Translations under genes and position numbers: made by a program
Part shown: positions 22,759-35,454 of the stretch, piece by piece
How positions within the stretch are numbered: position 1 is the stretch's first letter
Layout of the letters: each line of letters opens with the position of its first letter
The notes under the pieces: generated by a model
Databases searched by the model: none
Seen by the model: the letters and a program-made list of their open reading frames with translations, nothing else
Told to the model about the DNA's origin: nothing
Assembly: GCF_006345805.1 (NCBI RefSeq)
Contig: NC_043005.1
Coordinates: forward strand, 3,348,001-3,412,000
Reading direction: 5' to 3'
Origin: Octopus sinensis
Lineage: Eukaryota
DNA length: 64,000 bases

Positions 22759-24699
22759 CCATCACTGATCTCTTCCACCAACACTCTCACCTGATAACAC
22801 TATTCGATTGTGTCACTCACAAACATCATCTTCAGGAGAGTCTTCATTATGCATATGAAACCTGGCACAAAACCACACCCCCTCAACACTAATCCCTACT
22901 CCCAGTTGTTCTTATCTTGCAGGGAACTTGTTGATCCTGTCAGTGTTGGAGCCACGTGTAAAGCACTGGTGCTGGTGTCGCATAAAAAGCACACAGTACA
23001 CTCTGTGGGGTGGTTTGCCTTACAAAGGGCATCTAGCCATAGAAACCATACCAAAGCAGGCTATGGAACCTGGTGCAGCTCCCTTCAAACTGTCCAACCC
23101 ATGCCAGCATGGAAAACAGATATTAATGATGATGAACCTTAGACATAACTGAAACCTAGAAACAAAAGAACAGATTTTTAGATAATTGGTCTGAAGTGGT
23201 CATCTGGAACTGCAATCTAAACATCTGCTCCATCATGGAAATTAGCTACCTACTTCATCCATCATCATCATCATCATTTTAATGTCCACTTTTCCACGTT
23301 TGTATCAGATTGAATTTATTGAAGCAGACTTTTCTATGACTAAATCTCCTTCAGTTACCATCCCATACCTGATTCCAAGCTTATATTTCTCATGGCTGCT
23401 TATATTTTTTGTGGAAGATAGGAAACGAGAAACGCTTTTTGTGTGACAATGATGTTCATTTGTAACAAACCTGTGACGCTTCTTTTAGTTTCTGTCTGTC
23501 AGATCTACTCACAAGGCTTTGGTTGGCCGAGGGCTATAGTAGAAGACACTTGCCCAAGATGCCATGTAGTGGGACTGAACCTGGAACCATGTGGTTGGGA
23601 AGTGAATTTCTTAACCACCCATCCATGCTTTATATGAAAAGTCTCAGATCGAGAGAACAGCTATGGACCATTCATAAGGGGAAGCGTGTGGATGAAATCC
23701 TTCGTGGTATTTAACCACATCCCTTTCTTATGAAGTTCTTAGCCTTTCAGCCTTCTGAGTTTAGTCACATCAGTAATAACTCATACCATTTATTCCATAA
23801 GTCTGTAAAATCAACGAATATAAAGTGTGTAAGTATTGTCTTTACTTAATGAATCTCTTGTGTCACATTGGCAAGAAACATCCTTCAATTGTTGTCAATA
23901 TAATTCCATGGAACCATTATACTTTATACTAGAGTACTCCTGAGTCTTCCTGATACCCCACCTTTTTCCCTGCTCCCACTGTATCTCACTTTCCAGCAGT
24001 TTCCTAAAGTCATTCCCTGATCTTTCCTACAAGCCCCTAGAAATACTTATTCACTACTTTAACCCCCACCTTTGATATCAACCTACTCACCCACCCACCC
24101 ACTGCTTCTATGACTCAATCTTCCTGTTTTAAAACGATGTAAATTAAAATTTCACGTTAATTTTATGTCCAAAACACCAACTAATTCCTTTCTACTATAG
24201 GCACAAGGCCTGAAATTTCAGGTGAGAGGGCAGTTGATTTCATCAACCCCAGTGCGCAACTGGCACTTTGACCCTGAAAGGATGAAAAGCAACGTCAATC
24301 TCAGTGGAATTTGAACTCAGAATGTAAATATGGACAAACTGCTCGGCAGCAATGATTCTGCCAGTACACCACTTTGCACAAGCAGACGAATGACTTTTAT
24401 TTTACTAAATTCTTCGTTATTTCCAAAATTAATTAAAGCAAAGGAAGAACAGTTAATCTCAGCAAGTTGTCCCAATCACCCTCTCCCACCACCAATGGGG
24501 GGCTGAAAAGGCCGGGGCCACTGTTACTTCTTTCTCGTGATTAACTGCAGAGATATCTCTTGATGGTGGTGGCTACAGAAATGGGTTGGTAGTGCTGGTG
24601 GTATTAGTGGCTATCAAAAGTATGCTAGGTCACTGTTATCTGGTGGTTTACATGATCCAGCAACAGTGTATAGAGTTTCTATTGTTGTGTGACAATCTT

Positions 24700-25117
24700 T
24701 TCTAATCTAGGCACAAGGCCTGAAATTTTGGGGGAGAGGACAAGTCGATTAGATTGACCCAACTACACAACTGGTACTTAATTTATAATTTATAATATAT
24801 TAATAATTTATAATTTATAATAACGAAAGGCAAAGTCAACCTTGGCAGAATTTGAACTCAGAACGTAAAGACAGATGAAATACCTATTTCTTTACTACCC
24901 ACAAGGGGCTAAACACAGAGAGGACAAACAAGGACAGACAAATGGATCAAGTCGATTAGATCGACTCCAGTGTGTAACTGGTACTTAATTTATCGACCCC
25001 GAAAGGATGGAAGGCAAAGTCGACCTCGGCAGAATTTGAACTCAGAACATAACGGCAGACAAAATACTGCTAAGCATTTCGCCCGGCGTGCTAACCACTC
25101 TGCCAGCTTGCCACCTT
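24700..25117 (-). mobile_element. SINE family B, tandem/compound copy with two different tails
   Basis: Two successive cores; one with the GGCCTTGTGCCTAGA tail, one with the TTGTCCTCTCTGTGTTTAGCCCCTTGTGGGTAGTAAAGAAATA tail. Confidence 0.85.
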
Positions 25118-25629
25118 TAGTTGTTGTGTGATAATGACTGTAGATGTTTGACAGAGACTGCAGTGTGAGGGCAACAATTGCAGTTGCAAATAAAACTGTG
25201 ATGGGAACTGTAGTAATCCAGTGATGAGCAGAGTTTTGTCTGTAGCAATGCAGTGGTCGTCTCAGTATTGTGAATGAAACTGGTGGTTGTATATATGGGA
25301 ATATAGTGCCAGTGGTAGTACTGTTTGGGATGTTCTGATATGGCTGTAGTGGTGTGTTAATAGTTGGGATGATCTTAGTAAAGGTTACAGTGGGACGTGT
25401 AGCAGAGTGATGATGGCCCCTGGCTGTATTGTAATGATCAGTTAGTTATGCGAGAGAAACATGAAAATGTCTATGATATTGTTGTGTGGTAGCAACTGTA
25501 ATTCTGTTGTTGTAGTACCTGTCGTAGTATTATGTGAGGTTATTTTAGTGAGTGTGGTACTTTGTGTGAGATGAGGTGGTTGAGGTGGTACTTAATGTAT
25601 TTGTGGTTATAAGATGCTGGTTACTGGAG

Positions 25630-25777
25630 TAGAGGTTCCCAACCTTTTCACTACTAAGGACCCCTTTTTATTCAAATGAGGATATTGAAAGGTCTGTCAG
25701 CTTAACATGTTCATAGACCTCCAGTACTACATTTGTGGACCACCAGGGGTCTGCGGACCACAGATTGGGAACCACTG
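25630..25777. mobile_element. hAT (Charlie-like) MITE remnant
   Basis: Ends TAGAGGTTCCCAACC and GATTGGGAACCACTG resemble CAGTGGTTCCCAA-type TIRs; TSD not clear. Confidence 0.5.
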
Positions 25778-25991
25778 CTGTAGTAGAATGCTGGAAGGGT
25801 GACTGTGGTCGTATGATGGTAGCTAGAATAATGAATGGTATCAATTTCTCTGCCAAAGACAGCCAAAGAGGCAGTGGTATCACAGTAATGACTCATCAGT
25901 TGGAATGGTTGTGCTGATAGAGGAGTGACAATTGCTGTAGTAGTGTGACATTAACAATTATGATGGGATTATATCTGTAGTAGTGTAATAT

Positions 25992-26405
25992 TGGTTTCAA
26001 ACTTTGGCACAAATTCCGGGGAGCGAGTAAGTCAGTTACATCGACCCCAGTGCACAACTGGTACTTATTTTATAGACCCTGAAAGGAAGAAAGGCAAAGT
26101 TGACCCTGATGGCATTCAAACTTGGAATGTGAATCTGGACAAAATGCCTCGAAGCATTTTGCCTGGATTGTTGTAGTGGTGTAATATATATTTCTTTATT
26201 GCCCACAAGAGGCAATAAAGAGAACATAGAAAGGGATTAAGTCGATTACATCGACCCCAGTGTGTAACTGGTACTTATGTAATCGACCCTGAAAGGATGA
26301 AAGGCAAAGTCGACCTAGGCGGAATTTGAACTCAGAACCTAATGGCAGACAAAATATCACTGAGCATTTCACTCAACATGCAAATGATTCTGCCAGCTCA
26401 CCACC
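25992..26405 (-). mobile_element. SINE family B, compound copy
   Basis: Same two-core, two-tail layout as 259-574 and 24700-25117. Confidence 0.8.
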
Positions 26406-26409
26406 ATTA

Positions 26410-26825
26410 GTAGTAGTGACAGTACCACCTGATTGGCACATGTGCCAGTGGCATGTTAAATGCACCATCTGAGTGTGATCATTGCCAGGGCTGCTAACTG
26501 GCTCCCATGCAGGTGGCACGTAAAAAGCACCATTCGAGAGTGATCGTTGCCAGCGTCGACTTACTGCTGGCACATGTGCTGGTGGCACTTGAAAAACAAC
26601 ATTCGAGCGTGGTCGTTGCCAGTGCTGCAAGACTGGCCCTCATGCTGGTGGCATGTAAAAGCACCCACTACACTCTCGGAGTGGTTGGAATTAGGAAGGG
26701 CATCCAGCTGTAGAAACTTTGCCAGGTCAGATTGGAGCCTAGTGCAGCCTTCTGGCTCACCCGTCCTCAGTCAAATCGTCCAACCCATGCCAGCATGGAA
26801 AGCGGACGTTAAACAATGATGATGT
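26410..26825 (+). mobile_element. RTE 3' UTR-derived repeat (family E)
   Basis: Tandem GGCACGTAAAAAGCACC units, then GGAAGGGCATCCAGCTGTAGAAAC and a GATGATG tail. Confidence 0.85.
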
Positions 26826-27529
26826 AATATTAGCAGATGTAGTTTTGTTTGTGGTGTCCACCATATCTGGCACCAGGCTGGGGTCCGGATAAGACACCAA
26901 ACTTTTCTGATATAATTCCTTTCCTGTAATGAGTGAGAAGAAATTGAGAAGAGGAAGAGGTGCAGAAGTAAACAGAGATTAGGAAATAAAAGCCAAAGAA
27001 AAATAGAGACTCACCATTTTGGTTGTGTCCTTCATTGTAAACAAAGGACAATTAGAGTTTGGCTGTTGTTTCGCCTTCACCAGCCATAACCAAATCCGTC
27101 GTTTTATTTGCCTTTTACCTTCGTTTAAACATTTTATCATTTGCTTGTTTCTGTCATCAGACTATGGCCATGCCGGAGCACCAGCTTGAAGAATTTTTAG
27201 TTGAATGGATCAACCCAAGTATTTGTTTTAATTTTAAGCCTGGCACTTACTCTATTGGTTTCTTTTGCTGAACCGCTAAGTTACAGGGATGTAAACACAC
27301 CAACACCAGATGTCAAGCAGTGATAGGTAACAAACACAGACACAAACACACGTATCCTTTCAAGGGGATCAATTTAGTAAATACCAGTTGGACACTGGGG
27401 TTCATGTAATTGACTCACCCACATCTCTGAAATTGCTGGCCTTGTGCTAAAATTTGAAACCAATATGTAGGGTCACTAAGACAAATACATTTTATCCTAT
27501 ATCAAGATTATCAGTTACTTTGCTGCTGT

Positions 27530-28226
27530 AGCATTCAGATTACCTTAATCTTAACCCTTTAGCATTCAGATTACCTTAATCCCGACCCTTTAATATTCAG
27601 ATTACCTTAATCCTAACCCTTTAATATTCAGATTACCTTAATCCTAACCCTTTAGCATTCAGATTACTTTAATCCTAACCCTTTAGCATTCAGATTACCT
27701 TAATCCTAACCCTTTAGCATTCAGACTACCTTAATCCCAACCCTTTAGCATTCAGATTACCTTAATCCCAACCCTTTAGCATTCAGATTACCTTAATCCT
27801 AACCCTTTAGCATTCAGACTACCTTAATCCCAACCCTTTAGCATTCAGATTACCTTAATCCTAACCCTTTAATATTCAGATTACCTTAATCCCAACCCTT
27901 TAACATTCAGATTACCTTAATCCTAACCCTTTAGCATTCAGATTACCTTAATCCTAACCCTTTAGCATTCAGATTACCTTAATCCTAACCCTTTAGCATT
28001 CAGACTACCTTAATCCCAACCCTTTAGCATTCAGATTACCTAAATCCCAACCCTTTAGCATTCAGATTACCTTAATTCTAACCCTTTAGCATTCAGATTA
28101 CCTTAATCCAGACCCTTTAACATTCAGATTACCTTAATCCTAACCCTTTAGCATTCAGATTACCTTAATCCAGACCCTTTAGCATTCAGATTATCTTAAT
28201 CCCGACTCTTTAGCATTCAGATTACC
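27530..28226 (+). repeat. 31-bp minisatellite, 22 full units plus a partial
   Basis: Unit AGCATTCAGATTACCTTAATCCTAACCCTTT; first start 27530, last start 28212 (682 bp = 22 x 31). Confidence 0.98.
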
Positions 28227-28429
28227 CTATCAAATGTAATGCTTATTTATTCACATTACTTTCAATTAATCTTGAGTCATCTTGTGGCTTTGAGATTTTG
28301 ATGATGGGATTATCTGTTTTTAGAATGACATTGTGGAGTAGGTGTAAGGGGCCAGATCTGATCAGTTTCAACATAAAACAGGCAGAATAGTTTAGCCAGA
28401 TGTGACCGGTTTAAATGCTGAAAGGTTAA
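28201..28429 (+). mobile_element. piggyBac-type (TTAA) MITE whose left terminus feeds the minisatellite
   Basis: Right end AATGCTGAAAGGTTAA; body is the reverse complement of the copy at 57947-58154. Confidence 0.75.
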
Positions 28430-28641
28430 TTGCAATATTTAATATTCCAGTTAAGCAAGGGATCAGTGGTCCTTCAGTAAATTGTCCATTTTGAACCTGA
28501 TTTCATTTATAAATTGAGATGTCAAGTACTGAAAAACATAAAAATGAAAATGGTTTATGAGTGTATTAAAATCTTGTGTAGGTTTTGACAGAAATCCTTT
28601 AAAAAGAACTTGTTCTTGAGTGACCTAAACGATTGCCCTGT

Positions 28642-29097
28642 TTAATCCTTTTATTACCACTCTTCTGTTGAAATACACTATCTTTGTTTCCCTTGATTTT
28701 GAAAATAATGAAAATAATTTAGTAAATTAACTTTGACATTATTAAGCTGGTGTTTGGAACATTAACATGAAATATTCGTTTCAAATTTTGGCACAAGGCC
28801 AGCAAATTTAGTGAAGGGGTAAGTCGATTACATTGACCCCAAAGTTCAACTGGTACTTATTTTATTGACCCCAAAAGGACAAAAGGTGAAGTTGACCTCT
28901 GCAGAATTTGAAGTCAGAACATGAAGATGGATAAAATGCTGCTAAGCATTTTGCCCAGTGGGTTAATGGTTCTCTCACCTTGCTGTCTTATTAACATGAA
29001 ATACTAATGAAATTTAATTTAGATCACTTTAAGACATAAAGTGTGTGTATTGTAGAACCAGGGGAAGTCTCAAACAGGTTGGTATCAAAAAGGTTAA
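28642..29097. mobile_element. Second TTAA-flanked MITE, interrupted by a SINE
   Basis: TTAATCCTTTTATTACCA ... TGGTATCAAAAAGGTTAA imperfect TIRs with TTAA at both ends. Confidence 0.6.
28775..28989 (-). mobile_element. SINE family B with 14-bp TSD
   Basis: ATTAACATGAAATA at 28761-28774 and 28990-29003 flanks a family B core. Confidence 0.88.
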
Positions 29098-29589
29098 CAC
29101 CTCCCTCATTGGGTTCCCTTAGTGAAGTCTATTCTGTAGCAAGCATTTGAACCAGGTCACTGGTCTGAGGCTCACATGGCATCAGGATGTGACTGTTTCT
29201 TACTGACTCAAGGTCTATTTCTTGTTTTTCACCCGCTAGTCTTTGAATTCTGGGAAAGATCACAAGTACCGCCTTTCTTCCTCTGGAAGAAAGATGAAGG
29301 TCAGTTGAGCAACAAGGGCAATCCATACATCTAGTATTGATGATGTCTCATATTTTCATCTCATGAAAGGCTAAACCATGCCCTTTGAGAGCTACTATTT
29401 TACATTACTGAGACCCATTCCTTCACAAAACTCACTTTAGGACTGCCACTGTTTTTAAACTCAGAGTAACTAAACGAGTACCGTTTATACAAGTGGATGT
29501 TAAACTTTGTATCTAAACGTTTTTGTTCATAAAAATATAAACATTCACAAGTATAGGTGCAAACGTGACTGTGTGGTAAGAAGCATGCT

Positions 29590-31315
29590 TCTGGTTTACT
29601 GTTTTGGTTAGCTCAACCGCTGCCTTTCTTTGTAACACACATGTTTTTTTGCTGTCTTGGTGGGTGTGACGTTTTCCCTCTTGTTCAATGGAGGGCCGTT
29701 GTGTGATGAGTCGTGAGGATTTGAATTATTCTTCTTCAGAATTTGTGTCTGAGGAAGAAATGGTGAAATGTCTGAACAAGATTGATGCAGCAATAGAAAC
29801 AAGGATTTATGCTGCAGTGGCAAATGGAAAAACTGAAGACATAAGTCTGGAAGAGCTGAGCAAGTTCAAGGAAATACTTAAAAGGGAGGGGAACGACGTG
29901 AAAGTGTCCCCCACCCAAAGAAGCGTTATAGGATAAGGAAGAGAGAATGATTGTTTACAGGACATATGTGGTGGCAACAAGAAAAACAGAAGTGGTGTCG
30001 GAGGCACAGGGTGAAAAGGCATTGAGGCCAGTCTGGCAAGAGATATCCTGTCTTGCCAGAAGAAGAAAGCACAGAATGGTGGAAGTGCAGTTTCAGGAGA
30101 TAGCTACCGCCAGACTGAACTCAGCCACACCATTAAAAACCAAAGAAGTGGTGCTTCTACCTGTATACCTTGGCGGACATGCTTCCAGGGTTAGGGTAGA
30201 AGACATTCCCCCACAAGTGTATGTAGCCTGGCTGGTTGCTGCTATACTGCTAGGCATGGAGGAAAAGGTGGTGGTCCTGCAGGCCACCAGAACACCCTAC
30301 AGAAACTGGCAAGGGCAGAGCCTGGACATGGTGGTACAGATTAACCCAGAAGATATTGAAAGTATGGTGGAGACAATCACGGTCGCAGATGTGATGCTGA
30401 AAGTCAGAGTGGAAGGGAAGATTCCATGGTGCTATAGATGTGGCCTGAAAGGCCACATTAGAGCAGATTGTCCTCAACCACCTATGAATGCTAGGGAAAG
30501 GCAGGAGAGTGAGAAGATGGTTGGTGCCTCACTGCTTGTGGAGGCTGAGGAAAAGCATGAGAAGGAGAGTGAAGCAGCACCACAGACAAAAACCAGTCCC
30601 AGTGTCAAGGAAGAGGAGGTAAACACCAACTGGGAAACGGTGGGAAAAAAAGAGAAGGAAGAGGAGAAAGAGGACACACATGGTAAAGGATCCCTCCCAT
30701 CCCACACCCACCTGGCTCCCAGCCACACTCACTCTACCCCAACCACCCCTTACAGACAACAACCCTCCCCATACCCCACCTGACATAAACACAAACACAC
30801 AGGAGCCCCAAATTTCCCCATCCTGGCCCATGGATAAATTTGCTATATTATATAACAGGAATAAAGACATGGGAAAAAGCAATAGAAGCGGACATAACAA
30901 GGGCAGGAGGGGTTGCCTGAGGATGTTTGCTGTGCAGTGGTGGACCCGGAGTACCTCTCAAGATTGGTAAATCACAAAGAAGAAACTGATTTCAATTGAT
31001 GGGTTCAAAAATGGACACCAGCAAAATACCTAAAAGGGTAAGTTATGCTTACATTTTAAAGGAACTGGACATAGACATTTTCCCAAAAAGTGGAAACTAG
31101 CTGTCACAAAGACATTGCCAATGGTAGTTAAATTAATGTTTTAAAAAAAAAGGGTTGTATTAACAGGTTCAGTGAAGTCGCTCGGAGGTGGGGTCAAATG
31201 GCTTCATACCAATTTTTCATTATATTCAATTCATCTTTTCCATTCGTTCTGTTTTTTGTCCCCACCTTGTGCTGTCCCCTCTATGTACAACCTTCATGGC
31301 CAATTTCATGACATA
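29590..31315 (+). mobile_element. ORF1-only L1/Tx1-related retroelement inserted into a family A SINE
   Basis: 12-bp TSD AAGAAGC(A/T)TGCT at 29578-29589 and 31316-31327; SINE A head before and SINE A body after; contains a CCHC ORF; no RT or endonuclease motif seen. Confidence 0.75.
29947..30783 (+). CDS. ORF1/gag-like nucleic-acid-binding protein with zinc knuckle (retroelement, probably disrupted upstream)
   Basis: 278-aa ORF with CYRCGLKGHIRADC (C-x2-C-x4-H-x4-C); the upstream ORF 29688-29936 in another frame is probably its N-terminus. Confidence 0.7.
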   Translation: MIVYRTYVVATRKTEVVSEAQGEKALRPVWQEISCLARRRKHRMVEVQFQEIATARLNSATPLKTKEVVLLPVYLGGHASRVRVEDIPPQVYVAWLVAAILLGMEEKVVVLQATRTPYRNWQGQSLDMVVQINPEDIESMVETITVADVMLKVRVEGKIPWCYRCGLKGHIRADCPQPPMNARERQESEKMVGASLLVEAEEKHEKESEAAPQTKTSPSVKEEEVNTNWETVGKKEKEEEKEDTHGKGSLPSHTHLAPSHTHSTPTTPYRQQPSPYPT

Positions 31316-33375
31316 AAGAAGCTTGCTATCCAACCACATGGTTCTGGGTTCAGTCCCACAGTGTGACACCTTGGGCAAGTGTCTTCTACTGTCACCTCGG
31401 GCCAACCAAAGACTTGTAAGCAAATTTAGGAGATGGCAACTAAAAGTAGCCCGTCGTATGTGTGTGTGTGTAACTGATATCAGTAGCAAGGTTTAAAAAA
31501 AAAGTGCTGAGGTTAATTCATTTGGTTAAAGATTCTTCAACGTGATGCCCCAGCATGGCCAGTCAATGACTGAAACAATTAAAAGATAAGTACTTGATGA
31601 AATGAAATTCTTTAACAGCTTATTGATGTGTAAAAACTGACTCTGAAATGGACTGAACAAAATTTTCAATAACATTTATATCTAAAGAAAATTCGTAAGC
31701 ATATTGGTTGCAATTTTTTTTGTGATTAGACTAAAAATTTTTGTTTTTTTACTAATGTTATAGTTTTTATTGTTAACTACAACACTGGCTATTAGCCATA
31801 ATATGTACCGAGTTCCCAAAACATTTTCTAATCCTTTCATACGAAAATCTGAATAAATTTTACGCTAGTCAAGGGAATCCCAATATTTGGAATATGGATT
31901 CTTGCTATCTTTTATTCTTTCAACTAACTTCAGCTGCTTCATCATTCAGTGAAGAATATTGTTTTAACCACAGGATAGCTCTGATTGTAATGGATCTGTG
32001 AGAAAAGGCGTTCCAGCCATGACCACTTTGTCTTATTCTTTTCTAGAAGTTATGAATTATTAAGCGAACATTATAAACTAATATAAACTTGCATTATTAT
32101 TTTTTTTTTTTGAAGATGGTAATTTCTTTTTCTTTTTGTCAGGAAGATTTGGTTCCTCTTTCTAGCAACTCGAGCGACCAGGTAAAGGCTCTCTTGTCTT
32201 GTTCTCTTCGTCACTTGTTGTTTAGTCCTGAGTTGGATCTGATTGAACAGATATGATCAAAGACGTCCCAACTGTGACCATTCTGTCTTTCTTCCTAAAC
32301 ATACTGGACTCTACATGTATATCACAGGATAGAGGCTTTCCTATTCTGTACATAAAAAAAAGTTTGGCTACTTTTTCTAGCAGGTCATGCAACCACATAC
32401 AGGCTCTGTCTCAATAATAATTTCTGTTGTTATTTAGCCTCAAATGAACCCTGATACAGCAAACCTATGTTGTTATAAAAACATCTCTGGTAATTAAAGA
32501 AGGGTTTTGTTAGGGGAGTGGGCCCGGAATTTCTTGTTCGCAAACAGCAGCAGTAATTTTCTTCAGCTGAATACACGTCATTGATTGGTTAAAATTACCC
32601 AAATATGACGACTTTAACATGAAATAACTTCTAAAATACAAAATTTTGTCAAAAACGTTAGAGTAAACCCTGTTCTATGTGACACACTCTACCACTATCT
32701 GAAGTTTCAAAATGTTTAGTTAAAAAAAATTACTAAAAAAATCTGGCCATCAAATTGAAAAGATCCTGTTTTTTATTTATTTATCATTTTATTGATACTA
32801 GATGGAATATAGTCTATGTAAAAAAACCCAAAAAAACTTGGATTATAAAGGATAACTGGCAGTAGTGAGTGAAAAAGTTGATAAATTCATGGAGAGAATG
32901 GTAATTATAAATAGCAAAAGTAGAACATTTCAGATTTTGCATAGAATGATTTTTCTTTGAAGAGTATAAAATGAGTAACCAGTAATATATTGGTATCAAA
33001 GTAAATGGTTTTACATTTGTCATTTCCAAACTGCATTCGGTATCCTCTGGAAAAGAAACAAAATACATAATAAAACTACAGTTGTTTTTAAGGCAACAAA
33101 CAAATGCAATAAAATAATACAAAAACAATAAGAACTGTATATGTTTGCTTCCTATTATTCAGATATGGACAAATTTCCAATATCTTAGCAAACCTGGATC
33201 ATTAAACGGGGGAAGGGTGAACGCTAGCATTAGCATATTACGTTCAACTTTGCTTTCTATGTCTGCTATTCTCTTCAGCTCTATTATATCTTTAAGATTA
33301 CGTATCTTGCCTAGGAATATATTCAGTTAATTTATTGTCTATGAAAAGAGTGTCTGGCACAAAACACTGACAAGA

Positions 33376-33459
33376 ATGGCTGCCGCCGACGCCGGAAGCT
33401 CACACGGCAGCCGCGCAATGAATTCTGGGAGAACCCTTCGCCAGTTTCAGTAAGCTATC
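33376..33459. promoter_or_regulatory. Candidate CpG-rich housekeeping promoter (ETS and ZNF143/Staf motifs)
   Basis: CCGGAAG at 33392-33398; 33414-33431 minus strand CTCCCAGAATTCATTGCG, 16/18 to the recalled ZNF143 consensus TTCCCAGAATGCATTGCG; local CpG density far above background. Confidence 0.55.
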
Positions 33460-33529
33460 ATGGCGGACTTTGTTAACGTATTTTGTGTGCAGCTGGTTAT
33501 TTGGTTGTTGCATGTGTATGACACCTTAG
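33460..33529 (+). CDS. Putative first coding exon of an unidentified gene (MADFVNVFCVQLVIWLLHVYDTL)
   Basis: ATC-ATG-GCG start context, 23 codons plus 1 nt, consensus donor AG|GTAAGT at 33530; downstream exons not identified. Confidence 0.4.
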
Positions 33530-34776
33530 GTAAGTGGCTTTTCCGGTGGATCCAGAAACCCTTGAGTAGCTATCCCGCTAGTGATTCCTAAATGTTCTCT
33601 GTATTCTCGTGCATTTCCTTGTTTTTCTTTATTTCCCTTCAACCGCATCGTTGTGTACACACACGCACACACACACACACATGGAGATATGGTTGAGGGA
33701 TGTTTGGCTGTGGTTTTCCCAACGAACCAAAATGTTTTTGCATAAGCTGATTGAAAAAAGAAGAGAAAAAAAAGGATATTGTGCATGTATGTGTAAGTGT
33801 ATATATATATATATATAATCAATTGTAGCAAGTATGTATGTATGTTTCTGATGATTCCAACAAAACAACTTCAATCTGCACACAACTGCATTCGTATGCA
33901 CACCGAGAAACTGCATAGAAGTAACTATATATATATACACACACGCACGCACGCATATAGCTATTTACACGTCTATATATTTTGTGTTTCATTGATGTTC
34001 ATAACAATTACAGTTGACCAAGTTTACAGTTTTGGATTAACTTGATGTTGTTTTGGTTTTAAATTACGAGCCACCAACACGCACCGTCTTCATTAATTCA
34101 ACTGTTCTTCTTCCATAACCTCTTCTTGTCTGTTTTTTTTTTCTGTTCTAAAACCAACCAAGGTTGTTGTTTGGGTGTTAATTTACTTTTCGTCTACAAG
34201 TAAGCAACGAAGGCCTGCTTTAGCTTTATAAACCTACTAACACTGCCTAACATTACTCATGAGAATTGTTACTTCGTCTTTTTATCCTAATCCTCCTTTT
34301 CAAATCTCGCTTGTTTGCTTATTTTCATTATTTTCCCTCTCATCCACATAATATTTCACTACTTTTTTTTGTGTCTGTTTATTTTCCTTCGTTGCAGAAG
34401 GAATAAACGGACTTATTTACAGCATTTCCCCGTTTATTAACTCAATTCCTTACTAAACAAGGAAAGGAAGTTCAGGCTGACAATGTTGTAGAACCTTCCT
34501 GTTATTATTTTCTTCTTTCTTTATAATTTACATGTTTATAACAAAAACAAAAGCTTCTACTATTTCCAGGGAACGAAGTAAAGAAATTAGTGGCTTGCTC
34601 GGTTCGTTAATACAATGTTTTAGTCTCTGTTGTTATTTTCCTCTTGCAGCAGTCATTGGTCACATGTTGTATTATAACAAGTCTGAATAAATTCTGCTAC
34701 GAAAGAAGGCGATCAACTGTCTGCTTCATTTGCTTGCCTCACATATATATACACTGTTTCTCTCCCCATTTTTTCC

Positions 34777-34807
<31 letters not shown>

Positions 34808-35421
34808 GACTTTGCCATGGTGATTGCTTCGTAGACGTATTCCCCCCCCCCTTACTGTTCCCTTGTCTGTTTTGGTATTACTCAATCACCATATTCCCAT
34901 GCAAGCTAGACATGGTTTTTGATCTGTATAGATTCCCAGCACCACCCTACCATTAATGCCGCCACTTGCCTACTGCTAGATTAAATTCGAAGCAAAGGAA
35001 TCCACCACTGTTTACGTTGTCTGCACTTTGTTATGATGGAGCTTTTGGCTTCCCTTCTCCCCTCATGTCTGTCTGGCCCTGCCCCCCCCCCGCTCGCTTT
35101 CTTTCTTTTTTTCACCCTCTCATTCTTTCTCTTCTCATTTTCCTCTCTTTCTTTCCTCCTATTTTATTCCATTCGGCCCCCTCTCCGCTTTCTCCTCATT
35201 CACTGTCTGCTCGGCTTCTTTATGTCTATAATTTGCGTCGTTAATGACCTTGAAAAAGCATGAACATTCCAACTTCCCATGCCTGTATAACTCCCTCCTA
35301 ATAAGTCTATCCTCTCATCCATTATTGTATTTTATGCTTAAAAATCCTCAGAAGGAAAACACAGGAAGTTGTGATATTCATGTCTTTAACAGTTTATATT
35401 TTACACACAAACCTAGTTATG

Positions 35422-35454
<33 letters not shown>

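Noticed and set aside
22581-22790. Poly-Ser/poly-Pro ORF
   Set aside because: Translation of the (GGT)n(GAT)n microsatellite inside a SINE remnant.
27530-28226. CRISPR array or interstitial telomere
   Set aside because: Units are contiguous with no unique spacers; only a single CCTAACCC per unit, explained by the MITE terminus.
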